A stretch of 64,000 bases of DNA, taken from positions 8,060,001-8,124,000 of the forward strand of contig CP075497.1 in NCBI GenBank assembly GCA_021613535.1, read 5' to 3'. The notes beneath the pieces were generated by a model. The model searched no databases and was not told the DNA's origin. It was given only the letters and a program-made list of their open reading frames with translations. Source of the stretch: Adineta vaga. Its lineage: Eukaryota > Animalia > Rotifera. Made by a program: the position numbers and the translations under genes. Below, in pieces: positions 39,106 to 51,700 of this stretch. Each line of letters begins with the position of its first letter. Position 1 is the stretch's first letter.

Positions 39106-41124
39106 CTAAAAATTCGTATTGGATGGTAACGATTTAATACGAGATACTTTCCCAAACCAAGACATTTTATAATCGAGTGTTTCACGAAGAAGACGTTCTT
39201 CATCGGCAGAAAAATTGAGCAATGTTGATACAGCACGAATTAGATGAATTGCCTATTAGAATAAGAACGAATTCAAACAGAAATACATATTTACTCAATT
39301 AGAAACTTACTTCCTCTTCAGTTGACGTCATAAATTTCAATAGAACATGTTTCAAATATTTAAAATTTGTCCCATTCGCTGGAGTTTGTCCATCGCTAAC
39401 AGAAGAACGATGTCCATTCTTTTGTGGTTTTATTGAAGTTGATTCTACTAATGTATGTGGCAAGATTGCTGGAGTTGCCGATGCTGCAGCTGTTGCCGTT
39501 GTGAATGAAACATTTTTACGTACTGCTGTCATCTGTCGTGCTGTTGATGCTCGTTTAGCTGCATCAACGTCACTTTGTGATGTTGCCGATGTATCGTAAT
39601 GTATCAATGGTAGATTAGTTGGTGATGATGGAGTATTGCTATTTGTTTTTGAAGACCCCATTTGATTGAGATCTTTAGGTATAGATGCATGAAATTCACG
39701 TTGAAGTGTTTTTCGAAGATCATTGTAACGTTGTTGTAAGTTTTTTATTGTCTAAAATACAATCTCATCATTGATACTAAACATATAGTCAATTCATACT
39801 CGATTTTTATCATCTATTTCTGCTTGTAATTTACTGATAGTATCAACATCTGGTTCAGCAAGTACTTGTACAAATGATGTATCTTCATCCTAGAAAGAAA
39901 AATGAGTCGATATTCATGGAAATCATATAGAAGAATAACAAACTGTTTGCATAGATTGTGTTTCATGATCAACTAATAAACGACGATCTTGTTCTTCGAT
40001 AATAGCATCTCGTTCAATCAGCATTTGTCTTAATTTAGTTAATTCGATTTTCTGTTGTTCATTTTCAGCCTTTTGTCTATCTAGTTGTCTTTGAAAATCA
40101 TCATTTGATTTTAAATCGGAGATATCAGTTGATTTGATAAGTAAATCATCTCTTTCTAAAACACAGAAGAAAACAAAGAGAAAGATAAATCAAACAATTG
40201 TTTAATTAGCAAACCAGCTTCAACATCATTTAGTTGTGTTCGTAAAGATTTCATCGTTGATTTCAGATTTTCATTGTCTGAACGAAGAGTTTCGATTTGC
40301 TTTTGTAAATGATGAGTCTACAAAGAATGAAATGTTGTTTTGTTCAATAAAAGAAATCAATTGATTTACTTTAGTTGTATTATCTGTTGTACTGTTCCGT
40401 CTGGAACTTTATGAGAAAAAGAACAAAGTTAATTATTGAATAGAAATATGAATTCAGTGAAATTTACTGTAAATCTGTAAGTTTATTTCTTAGTTCGATC
40501 ATTTCATTTTGTAGTTCATTTGTTTCTTGTGTTAATCTTTGTATGTCTTCATCTTTTAATTGAAGACTTTCTTCTTTTGAATCGATCTAAAATAGGGAAT
40601 ACATTTTCATCAATGAAATCCTGCAATAATTACCCAAGTTTTTATCAGTTCAAGATAATTATCGATCGATTTTGGTTCTAATAGATAAACCAAAAAAACA
40701 AACATAAATTTTATCATAGATAAAGACTATGTAAATATACCTTCGATATATGGAGAAAAAATTTCGGCTAAAGATGTTATTAATTCTGTTTTTCTTTCAG
40801 GCTGAAATAAGACAAGATAGGTATTGAAAAGTCTTACAGCGAGGATATACACATACTTCACGAGAAGTTGATGAAAGTCTGGAATTATTTGTTAAGGATT
40901 GATGTGTGATGGAATTCGATCGACCTTTCGATTAAAGTGAAAAGAATCTTGATAGAATTGAATAAAACAAGAATTTTGGATAACTTACGATGAGTTCGTG
41001 TTGACGAAACATTTTCCTCATCAAGATTATTATTACTTTCATTGACTTCTTCGGAATTATTGTCAAGTAAAATACTTGAATTATTACTTTCTTCACGGAC
41101 TTTTTTGATTAACGTTTTAAACAT
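39106..41124 (-). CDS. GOLGA1: GRIP-domain golgin (golgin-97-like)
   Basis: N-terminal [12 protein letters not shown], coiled-coil exons, GRIP domain [44 protein letters not shown]. Confidence 0.82.
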
Positions 41125-41854
41125 TATGTCGGATTTGTTGTCGAGAAATATTTATTCATACTGAATACAAGACAAAAAAGAAAAGGGAGAGAGAAGAAGA
41201 AGTTGTGATTTGTTGTAGACAGACTAAAAAATAAATAAGAAAACAATGAGACGAACTTACTTATTTTTATAGTTAATAAAAGAACTCAAACATTCATTGG
41301 TGTTATTCATCATTCAGTAAAAACAAATATCCAATCCTCTCGTGATTTCACAAAAATACAGAGGGCAGTAAATGACAATGGAATGAAAATAAGTTTATAA
41401 AAGTTATTGTTAGCATTTATGAAACTCATGATGAAAACTGACATATTTTTTTCATTTCGATTAAAATTTATCTTGTAGGCTTATTTCAAAATATAAAAGA
41501 AAGTAAATGAAAAAAAATATTATTTCATCTTATAGTTGTTCTAGTTGTTTTTGTTGCTAACACTGCCATCGATAGCAACAAAAAAATAAGAAATTTGTGC
41601 ACGTGTTTCCTTGCGAAATTAATCGACAAGAGCGAAGAAACAATACCAATAACAACGTTGCTGATTTCTCTGCCTACTTATTGCACTTGATGCATCATTT
41701 AACGACAGTTTTAATGTATGTTTTGCTTTTTCATCCTTTAAAATTTCATTTCTTTTTCTCTTTCGTCTTTAAACCAAAACCAAAAAAAAATCGAAATTGT
41801 TTATTGTGCTGAATAAGAAACGCACATAACAATTTCAATTTCAATAGAATTAAA

Positions 41855-43197
41855 ATGGCGTATAAGTCAGACACATCAAGAGCAAGAACTATCTTCAATA
41901 AGCACGGATTGCCTGTACGATGGCCTCGTCTTTGGATAGTTCTGATTGGTCTAGTTCTCGTTTTCTTAACTTTTGCCATAGCCGGTATGGAAACTGGACA
42001 TACGATTTATGATGTCTTTCGATCAACTGCATTTGGAGGTTATATCGTTTTTTTTCCATTACTCATCTGCGCTATTTTCGTTTTGATAACTGGTAAGTTT
42101 AGATATCGATTACACTATTCGAAGAATTGATGTTGCCACTGCCAGTGATTGGCAGAGCAATCTTAAGAAAACAATGTTTATTTATAACACAGCGAAAGAA
42201 GAATGTCGAACTTGATTTTTTTTCTCTGATTCGAATAAGACATTTGTTTATAAAAATTCAAAAGATTTCGATTGCACATGAAAACGTGTCTAAACATAAA
42301 CAAACGGAGTTTGAGTCGTATCCTTGTAGAACGTTTGAAACGATTTTTTCAACGAAATTTTTCTATTTAGCATGCCTTCCAAAGTTAGTACTTCTTCGTG
42401 TTGCAGTAGTATTATGTTGTATTATGATTATATTATGTATTGCCGTGATTACTTATGACGTTTTTGTTATTGTCGACCCAACTCGATGTTTCTTTTTAAA
42501 TTGTAATTATGCTACAATTACTAGCGGAAGTACAACGTTTACTGGATGGCCAGTTACGATTACATGGCCAGATACTTTTACATACAATATGAATATGAAA
42601 CGTTTATTTCAAGCTCTTCAATTACTTTGTGCTCTTTTATATATTTTATTTGCTGTGTTATATATTGTAATGTATCTCACTCACCGACATGTGAAATTAG
42701 AACAACATGCACCTTATAACGTTCCTCGTAGTGTTCATCCATCATATGATACGAATAGAGCATCAGCAAGACGTACAAATCATGTTGCATCATCACCACG
42801 ACCAGCAACAAGAACGCTTTCAAGAACGTCTAATCATCCTTCTCAATCCTATACACACTTGAATCCAAATCATAAGATTACTGTTTATACAATTGAAGGT
42901 CAACCAGATTTATCGGCACGTCGATATCAACCACGATCCTACTCACCACCTCCACAAAGAACAACGGTATCAGCAAAACCTAAAGGAAAAACATTTGTAC
43001 GACCACGAGCTAGTTCAGTTGATGATGGACGATTATGTGCACGTTGTAATCGCGAACCACGAATTCCTTTATCAACACATTATGAACGAGAAAATTATTT
43101 TTCACATTTATGTCTTAATTGTAACAATGACCTTTCTAATGGTCATCGAAAAGCACCACATCCTATACCAAGAAATAATCGTCATTGGGTACCATAA
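41855..43197 (+). CDS. Four-TM membrane protein with a cytoplasmic tail ending in CxxC..CxxC; 2 exons
   Basis: Four hydrophobic spans across ORFs 41855 and 42127 joined by an intron (~42092-42370); tail LCARCNREP...SHLCLNCN. Confidence 0.7.
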
Positions 43198-43511
43198 ATA
43201 TCTTTCATTTATACACGACTTTTATACCCATTTTTGCTTTTGCTTCTTTTTTATAAATAAATAATTTACATAAATGACACTTTTGTTTCGAAATATTCGA
43301 GAATAAAATCGGTCAAAAGTTGAATTAAAGTTACGTTAATTGTCAACAATGCGTATAGTGTCCATGCCAGTTTACAAACCATAGAAACAGAATAAACATG
43401 ATTTTCATTCGTTAAATCATATTTTACTGTATTAAAAAAATACTCATTTTGTTTATTCAAGAAAGTGATAGGACATTTTAGAAAACTCCTTTCAAATAAA
43501 ATGCATAGTTA

Positions 43512-44432
43512 CTAAATTTGTTTTATTTTTTTGATAAAAAATGGAAGGATAGCCGGAATATGCCGTTGATAGTTAATATAAGCATTACCAAAGATTCCAA
43601 TCAATTTTCGTTCTTCAACAGGAATTCCAATCAATAGATAAAGACATGTATAGATAAGTAAAGCCAAACGATCCAGTGACATCGTCGGTGTAATTGCCCA
43701 AGCTAAGATTGTGAAGAGATACAATGGATGTCGACAAAGACGAAACAGACCACTGGTTACTAATGTTTGATTACCAGTTGTTCGTTCTTCGATTTTTATA
43801 GATGATGAATATGGACATCGATTATTTTCAGACATATCGAAGAGTTGTTTGATGCCACAAAAATTTATTATATTAAATTTCATCAGTACATACAATCCTT
43901 ATGAAAAGCAATCGAATTAGTAGAAAATATTTCAAAGATTATCTAGTATACCTGGTGAAATGATAATACTAAATAGAATTAATAATACACGTTGTTGTTC
44001 ATACATATTCATTGTTGATGGTAACCAATTCCAAAGTTGTATATGTGTATGTTGCCAAAATCCGATTAAAATAAACGTAGTTATACTGACTAGTATACAA
44101 AAAATAGTTCGAAGTGTTTGTTTAGGAAAAAGATATCGACTAAGGATAACTTGAATGAATTCTTGTGCGAATAATGTATGAACAAATCCAAATATTGCAA
44201 AGAGACAAGCATTGAATAGAAGTTTAGCAGTAACTGACGATGAAAATTGATTGATATAAACATACGGAACATCAAATAGAACGTTGCAAATAGGTAGATA
44301 CGTTGAAATGAAATTTGTTATCAATAAAGGCATTTGAAGATCACATGCAACCCATACAAACAGAGTCGTAGAAAGTGGTGCACCGAAAAATAGATTTACT
44401 AAAAGCCAAATAACACGTGAAATTGAATTCAT
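43512..44432 (-). CDS. ICMT/PEMT-superfamily membrane methyltransferase, MddA/nurim-like; 2 exons
   Basis: LFAIFGFVHTLFA, FWQ...LW, FCGIKQ, LVTSGLFRLCRHPLY, WAITPTMSLDRL, EERKLIGIFGNAYINYQRHIPAILP. Confidence 0.8.
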
Positions 44433-44552
44433 CTGAAATTATCTTTATCTATATCATTTGTTTATCCTTCAAACAGATTTCACGATACAATGATTGAAAT
44501 TAATAGAAGTTTTATACATTCAACTATATTTAGACAAGAAAAACAAATATAA

Positions 44553-45537
44553 TCAATGAGATTTTGTTGAAGTTGAATGTTCTAATGTTCGTTCAACATA
44601 TTTATAGACAGTATTGATTCGTGTAATGACATTCACAAGAATATCATTTGTCATTGTCGAACTAAATACCTACAAATAAAAATCAATTATTTCAATCAAT
44701 TCACTTTATCTTTTGTATTATTATTTTACTCTCATCCAATTAATGTGTTCATCTTCATTTGTAACACCTGGAATTTCTAAATTGTATGTTTTAATCAAAA
44801 GATAAATAATTGTAATTGCAATATGTTGTGGTGAAAAGTCTTTGATTAATGTAAAATCATAATATGTATCTTGTAGAATCGACATAGCAATATCAATAAG
44901 ATTGATATTATTTTTAATTGGTGTCGTTGGTGTAATCATCATCCATTTACTTAATGTATCCAAATAATGAAGTAAATATTTATTTGGATGATTAAATTGA
45001 AAATGAAAACCAAGAATACGAATAAGAAATAATTCACAATCAACTAAAGTATTTCGTAAACGATGATATTCATTTGATATACGTAGATATGGTCGATTAG
45101 GATGAAGTGTACTAAAGAAAGATTTTCTTTTCGTTATATTCAATTGATGAAAATAATGTTCATCTTACCGATAAGTGACATTGATTAAATCTCGAATTTT
45201 TACAGGTTCTTCTTCATATTTACTAGCTAATGATAAAGCTGTTACTGCTAATGTCTATAAGAATCAATTATATATGAATATTTTACTAATTATATAACTC
45301 ACATATTGATCAAATTCACTTTTTTCTAAATGACAAGAACATTTATGATAAATAACAGCAGCTGATGCAGTTGTAACAATACTCAAACGAAGTTTAGCCG
45401 CTAGAATTAAACAAATGAAAATCGTTTTTGTTGAGTTTTAAATTGAAAGTTTTTCTTTATTTACCACATTCAAACATATAACTAATAATTACATAGCGTT
45501 TCTTCTCATCATCAGTTATGCTTGTTAATGATGTCAT
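44553..45537 (-). CDS. CCNQ: Cyclin Q (FAM58A)-like
   Basis: YMFEC|AAKLRL..ASAAVIYHK, LASKYEEEPVKIRDLINV, LRNTLVDCELFLIRILGF..HPNKYLLHYL. Confidence 0.82.
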
Positions 45538-45741
45538 TTCCAATCTAAAACTCAATAACTCACACAAACGAGATTAGACTAATTGATCATTGAGTTGATT
45601 TAATTGTACTAGACTTTTGTTTCTTCAATGAAATTCTTTTTTTATATATATATAAAATTACAAAGATATATATATATATATGTATGAATCATGTTGAAAT
45701 ATTATAACACAGTAAACACGAAGAAAAAATAGAACACGAGA

Positions 45742-48409
45742 TTAAATTGATGTCCGTTTTATTGATGCAAATCGTCTATCACGATTATCATCATCATCTT
45801 CTTCGTCAACTTTAGGGACAATGTGTGTTGATGCTGTTGTTGTTGTTGCTTCTTCTTCTGTTTCTTGGTCCGTATTTGTTGTTTCATCTGTACTTGGAGG
45901 ATTTTCTAATGGTTCATCATCCATCGTTGTATCTTCGTCTTCTTCATCTCCATTTGTTGTTGATGTTGCTGGTGGAAGGTTTGCATTTGCTGCTATCGTT
46001 GGTGTACTTGTTGTCGTTGATGAAGTAACATATTCACGTCGAATTTTTTCACAAGTTGTAACAAGAAATTGTGCCATACTTGGAACTGTTTGTGTATTTT
46101 GAACGAAAAAGTAGGGTGATTGTCGAGCTAATAAACGTAATGCACGCCAAACAAGTGAAGGATCTTGTTGTAAAGATTTTTCTCGTTCTTTATCAAGTTC
46201 TTGTGGTGTTAATTGTTTATTATCTTCAGAATCATCGTTGGATGGTTTAGAAGCAACATCTTGAAGTTGGGTAATAATAGGTTCGAAAAAATCACGAACT
46301 GTTGGAATGTATTGTTGAGAAGGATTACGTAATTCTTCAAAATTCATTGCGCGACGTTTGGACGCTTGTTGAATCGATTGTCTAAAGTGAAAGTAATGAA
46401 TGAGATTGATGAAAAAATTCTATTATCCTACCGAATATTATCAGATAATCGATATGGTGCAGATGTTTGTGATGAACTTTGTCTATTCAGATCAAGTTTA
46501 GGTTTCGAAAAATCTGGACAACTATTATTTTTCCATAGATTCCACATTTCTTCTCGTTTAAGTATATGCTAAAAATGTCAATTGAAAAATGAATTTATCA
46601 ATTGAATTAGATTTATTTTTACCTGAATAGAAACAGTGAATACATTTGCACCTGTTCCAGTTTGTTTTAATAACTAGAATAAAGATATGATTAATATAAG
46701 AATGATTTTTTCCAGAAAATTTTACTTCATGAATTTGATTTGTTGTTTTCTTAATCCATTGAGATTGTTCTTCATTCAGAGTTTGATGTGGTTGTTTGAA
46801 TTTAACAGGTAGAATAAGATATTGAAAAACGATAAGAAATTGTACGAGAATATTTTGTCGAAACGTAACATCGTTTAATTGTAATTCCAATAGCTATCAA
46901 TTCAACAAAACCAATTAACATTATCATATCTTTGATGAGATTATTACTCACTTTTTCGCTTGTTAAATATTTGGCAAAGAATGAATCATCAGTCGATGAA
47001 ACAGTTTTTACATTATCTAATTGATTATTCGTAAAAACATCCAGAACTTGATTTGTATTCTGAAATCAATTTTCTTATGAAAACAAAAGAGATTTTATTT
47101 CGAAGGAAACTTACATGTACAAAAGTATTCCATGATGTTCGTTCCCATAGTTGAAATGGTTTTGAGAAATATTCTTGTAAAGTCCAAAAATTTGTATAAA
47201 ATTCCGCGGAATTTTTCTGATGTCTACAATAATCGATGGATGAAAATGAAAGAAACAAATTGATCTATATATACTTACAAATCATGAATTTCTCCGTCTT
47301 CATCTACTTCCATTTTCTTTTCTTTCTACAAAAAATGAAATAAAACAATAACGATGAATGATAGATATTTTTCTCTAACGAACTTCAACTTCTTCAACTG
47401 GTGAAATTGCTGGTTTAGTTTTTGTAAGTTTTGTCACATTTTCTGTATTGAAATGACCAATTTGATTCAAACCTGAATGAAGAAAGTGAAGATTATGAAA
47501 GAGAAGAAGTCAAATATTTATACCAGATTTTTCATTAAGAGGAAAAAGTTGAGCAAGAAATGTTAATATCCGTCCAGAAAAGACAGTTTTTTGTGTTTTT
47601 GATAGACGTTTTAACAGATCTAAATATATTCTATGTGATTTTCTCTATAAATATTAACGAGATGAATTACCATTGCACATTCTTAAAAGTATATTTTTCA
47701 CTGATGGAAAAAAAGTTGTCTAAAAATAAGAGAGAAAACTAGACGTTTATCAAGGGAAGAGAAAAACATACTGATCGCCAGATCGAAGCTTTTTCTTCCA
47801 TAACAACAAAGATTCGTTCACTGACATCAATTGTTGTATAAGCAAATAAATCATTAAAGAGATAAACAGGCATTGTTGCCGCAGCAAACTCTAATAATAA
47901 AGCAGCACAATGATTAATTAAAATTCAATTGATAAAAATGACATTTTCATTTACCACTATGCACAGCTTCGATAGCAAATCCAATTAGATTACGAACACG
48001 AGTTAAAAATTGATCAGTCACAAATGTTGATGTTTCCATATCATCTAGATTTGTACCATGCGTTACTTCTAATTGTTCTTCCTAATGAAAAAAATATTTG
48101 ACGACAAAGAGACAAAGAATGATAGAAACATACCATTAAACCAAAAAGAACTGATCGAAATGCATGTTCTACAGCTGTACGATATTCCGGTGACTTATTT
48201 CTATTCATATAAAGTTCTGTCTGATTTATTCAAATATAAATTGACTTACTTATCAATAACTTCTCGTATTGTTTGTGTATTCCATTGAGATTTCTTCAAA
48301 TCAGCCTAGATGAAATCGGAATAGAATTGTTTTACTTTAACTACTAATTTTCTCTTACTTCAACATGTTGTCGAATAAATTCAAATGTCGATGAATTTTT
48401 TTCAATCAT
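45742..48409 (-). CDS. THOC1: THO complex subunit 1 (Hpr1-like)
   Basis: [31 protein letters not shown]|[25 protein letters not shown]|[40 protein letters not shown]. Confidence 0.92.
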
Positions 48410-48760
48410 CTGAAAAATGTAAAGGGAAAAATGCATTCATGTATGATTAAATATTTCTGTATATATTCGTCTTTAATTTTTACACATTAATCATCAATAA
48501 AATGGAATAATTTAAGAAAAGAAAACAAACAAAAGAAAAACACGCACACACGAGAATTGACTATAATCATTCGGATTTTGTCTATGTGTCAGGAATCATT
48601 AAATATGCTTGTTCTATCTGACACATACATAATATTGCTCTGTTTAAATCACTGTATTGGAAAAGTACTGGTCCACAGCGGAGAAAAGAAAAGGTAATCA
48701 GAAAGAGTTAAATGGAATGAATAATAAAGGGCGAAATAAAGTTATAACTAAAAAAAGACA

Positions 48761-51700
48761 TCATTTCAGGAAAGTTTTGATTTCTTCCAATAAATTCGAT
48801 AAGAAATGCATTTCTGTTGACTTGCCATCGATTGTAACACCATTTGATGATTTCAAAAGAAGAGCAATTGGATGACCTAGAATACTTTCTGAATATAATG
48901 ATGCAGCAGAAGAAATTTGATCAACAACTAAAAAAGAAGGATCATTAATTTTTCAAAAAAAGAAAAATAAATTCAATGAACAAACTAGTGAATCGATAAG
49001 ATTGACAAAGAATTTTGATTGTAGACAAAAAGTCTTGACTAGATGATGGAATACTAATATGTGATTGATTTGTTAAAGTACCTGAACTCATCAAATCACC
49101 AAATGCATTTCTACAATGACATTTTTCAAATAAAAAAAACTTTCTCAACAAACAACAAAATTTCTTACGAATCGATTTTTTTTATTCTTAAATATTGTGA
49201 ACAAGGTAAATCAAGTTTAAATTCTATTGTTTCTTTTGGACTTTCACTTGATGATTTCTAATTAAGAAAGAAAAAAAAAGAAAATATTCTTCTAGTTTCG
49301 ATTTCAACTTACATTAAGTGCATAAGTCAATGTTGTTTTTAATTTCTGTGGAAATGATATGGCAGTTATTCCAAAATTAATATGAATATAGTATTCTGAA
49401 TGAGGAAAAAGACTGACAGATGGAAATGAAACATGATTTGGACTTGTTGGATTTAATAATTTTGAACTCATACTGTCAATAACATGAATATCAATATGAT
49501 CAATAATTGATGTTGTAAGATTTTTTAATAAAAATGTAACATCTAATTGAGCAGTAGATGATGATGGAATGATAGAAGAATCCTATTGATGAAAAAGAAA
49601 AGTTAAATTCTATTGCTTTTTTTATTGAAGCTGAAAGGTTTAGACTTACAATTGTTAAATGATCAGATTGTGCGATTGGTTTGTAAATAACTTGTTCTTT
49701 TGAATTGGAAGAATTTACAGGATGAATGTCATCATTGCCCATTATGTCGAAAAGATGTGAATCTGTAGGTTTGTTCTCCGTAGTTTTAATTGATTGTTTT
49801 TCTTTAGTTTTCTTCTTTTTCGGTTTTTCTTCAGTTGAAACAGTAGCAGGTGGTGCCGATGGTGACGGAGTTGGTGATACAACTCGCTCTCGTTCGTCAT
49901 CACCAGGTGATAATTCTTTATAATCATTTCGTTCACGATTTTGTTTCGATTTCGATGATGTTGATTTCTTTTCTTTTTCAACTGTTTTCTTCTTCGTTGT
50001 TTTCTTCTTGGATTCTTTTGTTGTTGAGGATGGTTGTTCAACAACCCGTGATACTGGTTCTGGAACTGGAGCTGGAGCTGGCGGTGGAGTCGGAATGACA
50101 TGTGCAGGTTCACTTAAATCGATATTCAATGCTTGATGTGGATCATTCTTTTTACTTTTTCTACCACGTTGTTTGTCTTGATCGTTATCTTCGTTGCCAC
50201 TTTCGGTCGCACCTTCGGGTAATTCTCCACCACGTGTAATTTTAATTGCCGGATAGAGATCGTCATCAACATCATCAGCACCTGCTGTATCGGTGTTTTT
50301 TGATGATTTTTTTCCTTTTTTCGATGTTCCACTATCGGCTTTAGATTTTTTCTTTAAACGTCGGTTTGCTTCATCAATTTTCGATTGTTGATATATTCGA
50401 TCCGATGATAATATTTGTAAATCTCGAGGAATCGTTCCATTAGCTTCCGCTGGTTGAGAACGTTCATTACTATCTAATGTAATCGATGATGCTTCATTCT
50501 AGAATATGAAATAAGATAAAAAACTTATTCATCTATCCTATTACAAACATACTTTATTTATTGGTTTTGTTCCTTTTATATAGTATGGATTCAAATTTTC
50601 ACTTTGTTTTCTTGTTTCTCTTTGTTTTACTAAGTCTTCTTTTGATACTTCAAGATACGCTTTCGATGGATTATAACCAGAGTTATCATTCGTATATGAA
50701 TCAAGATTACTAGCATGATAAGCATTCTCTTGGTTGCTACCAGGAAGTAAACTTTGATTCTTATATTCATACACATTCGTTGGAACAGTTTCTTCTTCAC
50801 TCTCAGATGGTGGATCATTTATCCAAGCATCCAAATCCAAACTGAAATATATACGTATATGAGTATATCAAACGAATAGATTTCTAAATGTAAATTGATT
50901 TACCCTGCAGGTACAGCCACTTTACGTTGAGCTTTGCCAGCGACTGGATTGAGTATACCATCGAAAAGAACAGTTAATTCATTTGAATTGAATTCCGATT
51001 TTTCAATTAATTTTAACACAACTTTGAGAATATTTAAAACTATACTTGCCTAAATTGGTCAAAAAAGAAATTTTAATTTTCAATTGAAGAAAAGAACAAA
51101 ATATCATACTCGTTCTTGTGCTTCAACATCTCCACTTGATACAAACACGGACATTTTATTGATTGCCATTGAAACAAGATCTTTCGTGATTGTTTCATTA
51201 TTATCCGATGTTATAATTAGATGTGTGATAATTTTCAAAATATTTTGATAATAAACAGATTGAATATGTCCAGGAAAAGATATTATTCTTGTATTAAGCA
51301 TTGATTGCAACGTTTTTTGTGGATCGTTCAAATTACTAAAACACAATAATACATATCATTACATTTTAAGAAAATAATCAACTTTACCAGCTAAATTCCC
51401 CACAAATCCATGCAGCTGCATATAAAACTTCAGCAACATTTGAAGAATTTGAACCAAGAATAAAAACATGTGCATTTTCAAGTAGAATAGCCTAGAAGAT
51501 ATTGATGAATATCGTTAAAAAAAAACAAATTGTTTACCATTTGATTGCAAACAAATTGACGAATAGATTCAACTCGAACAGCTACATCAAGTAATTGTAA
51601 CGATATCATACTACCATGTTTTGTTCCTTCAAGCCGAGTAAGTTCAACCAAAATACTTACATACCTACGAATTGAAATCTTCAACTATGAAGAAAAAGAA

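Noticed and set aside
45821-46102. Plus-strand ORFs rich in V/S/L overlapping the THOC1 tail (similar ORFs at 49726-50113 over AP3D1 and 19030-19257 over RBM15)
   Set aside because: Antisense or off-frame shadows of low-complexity coding sequence.
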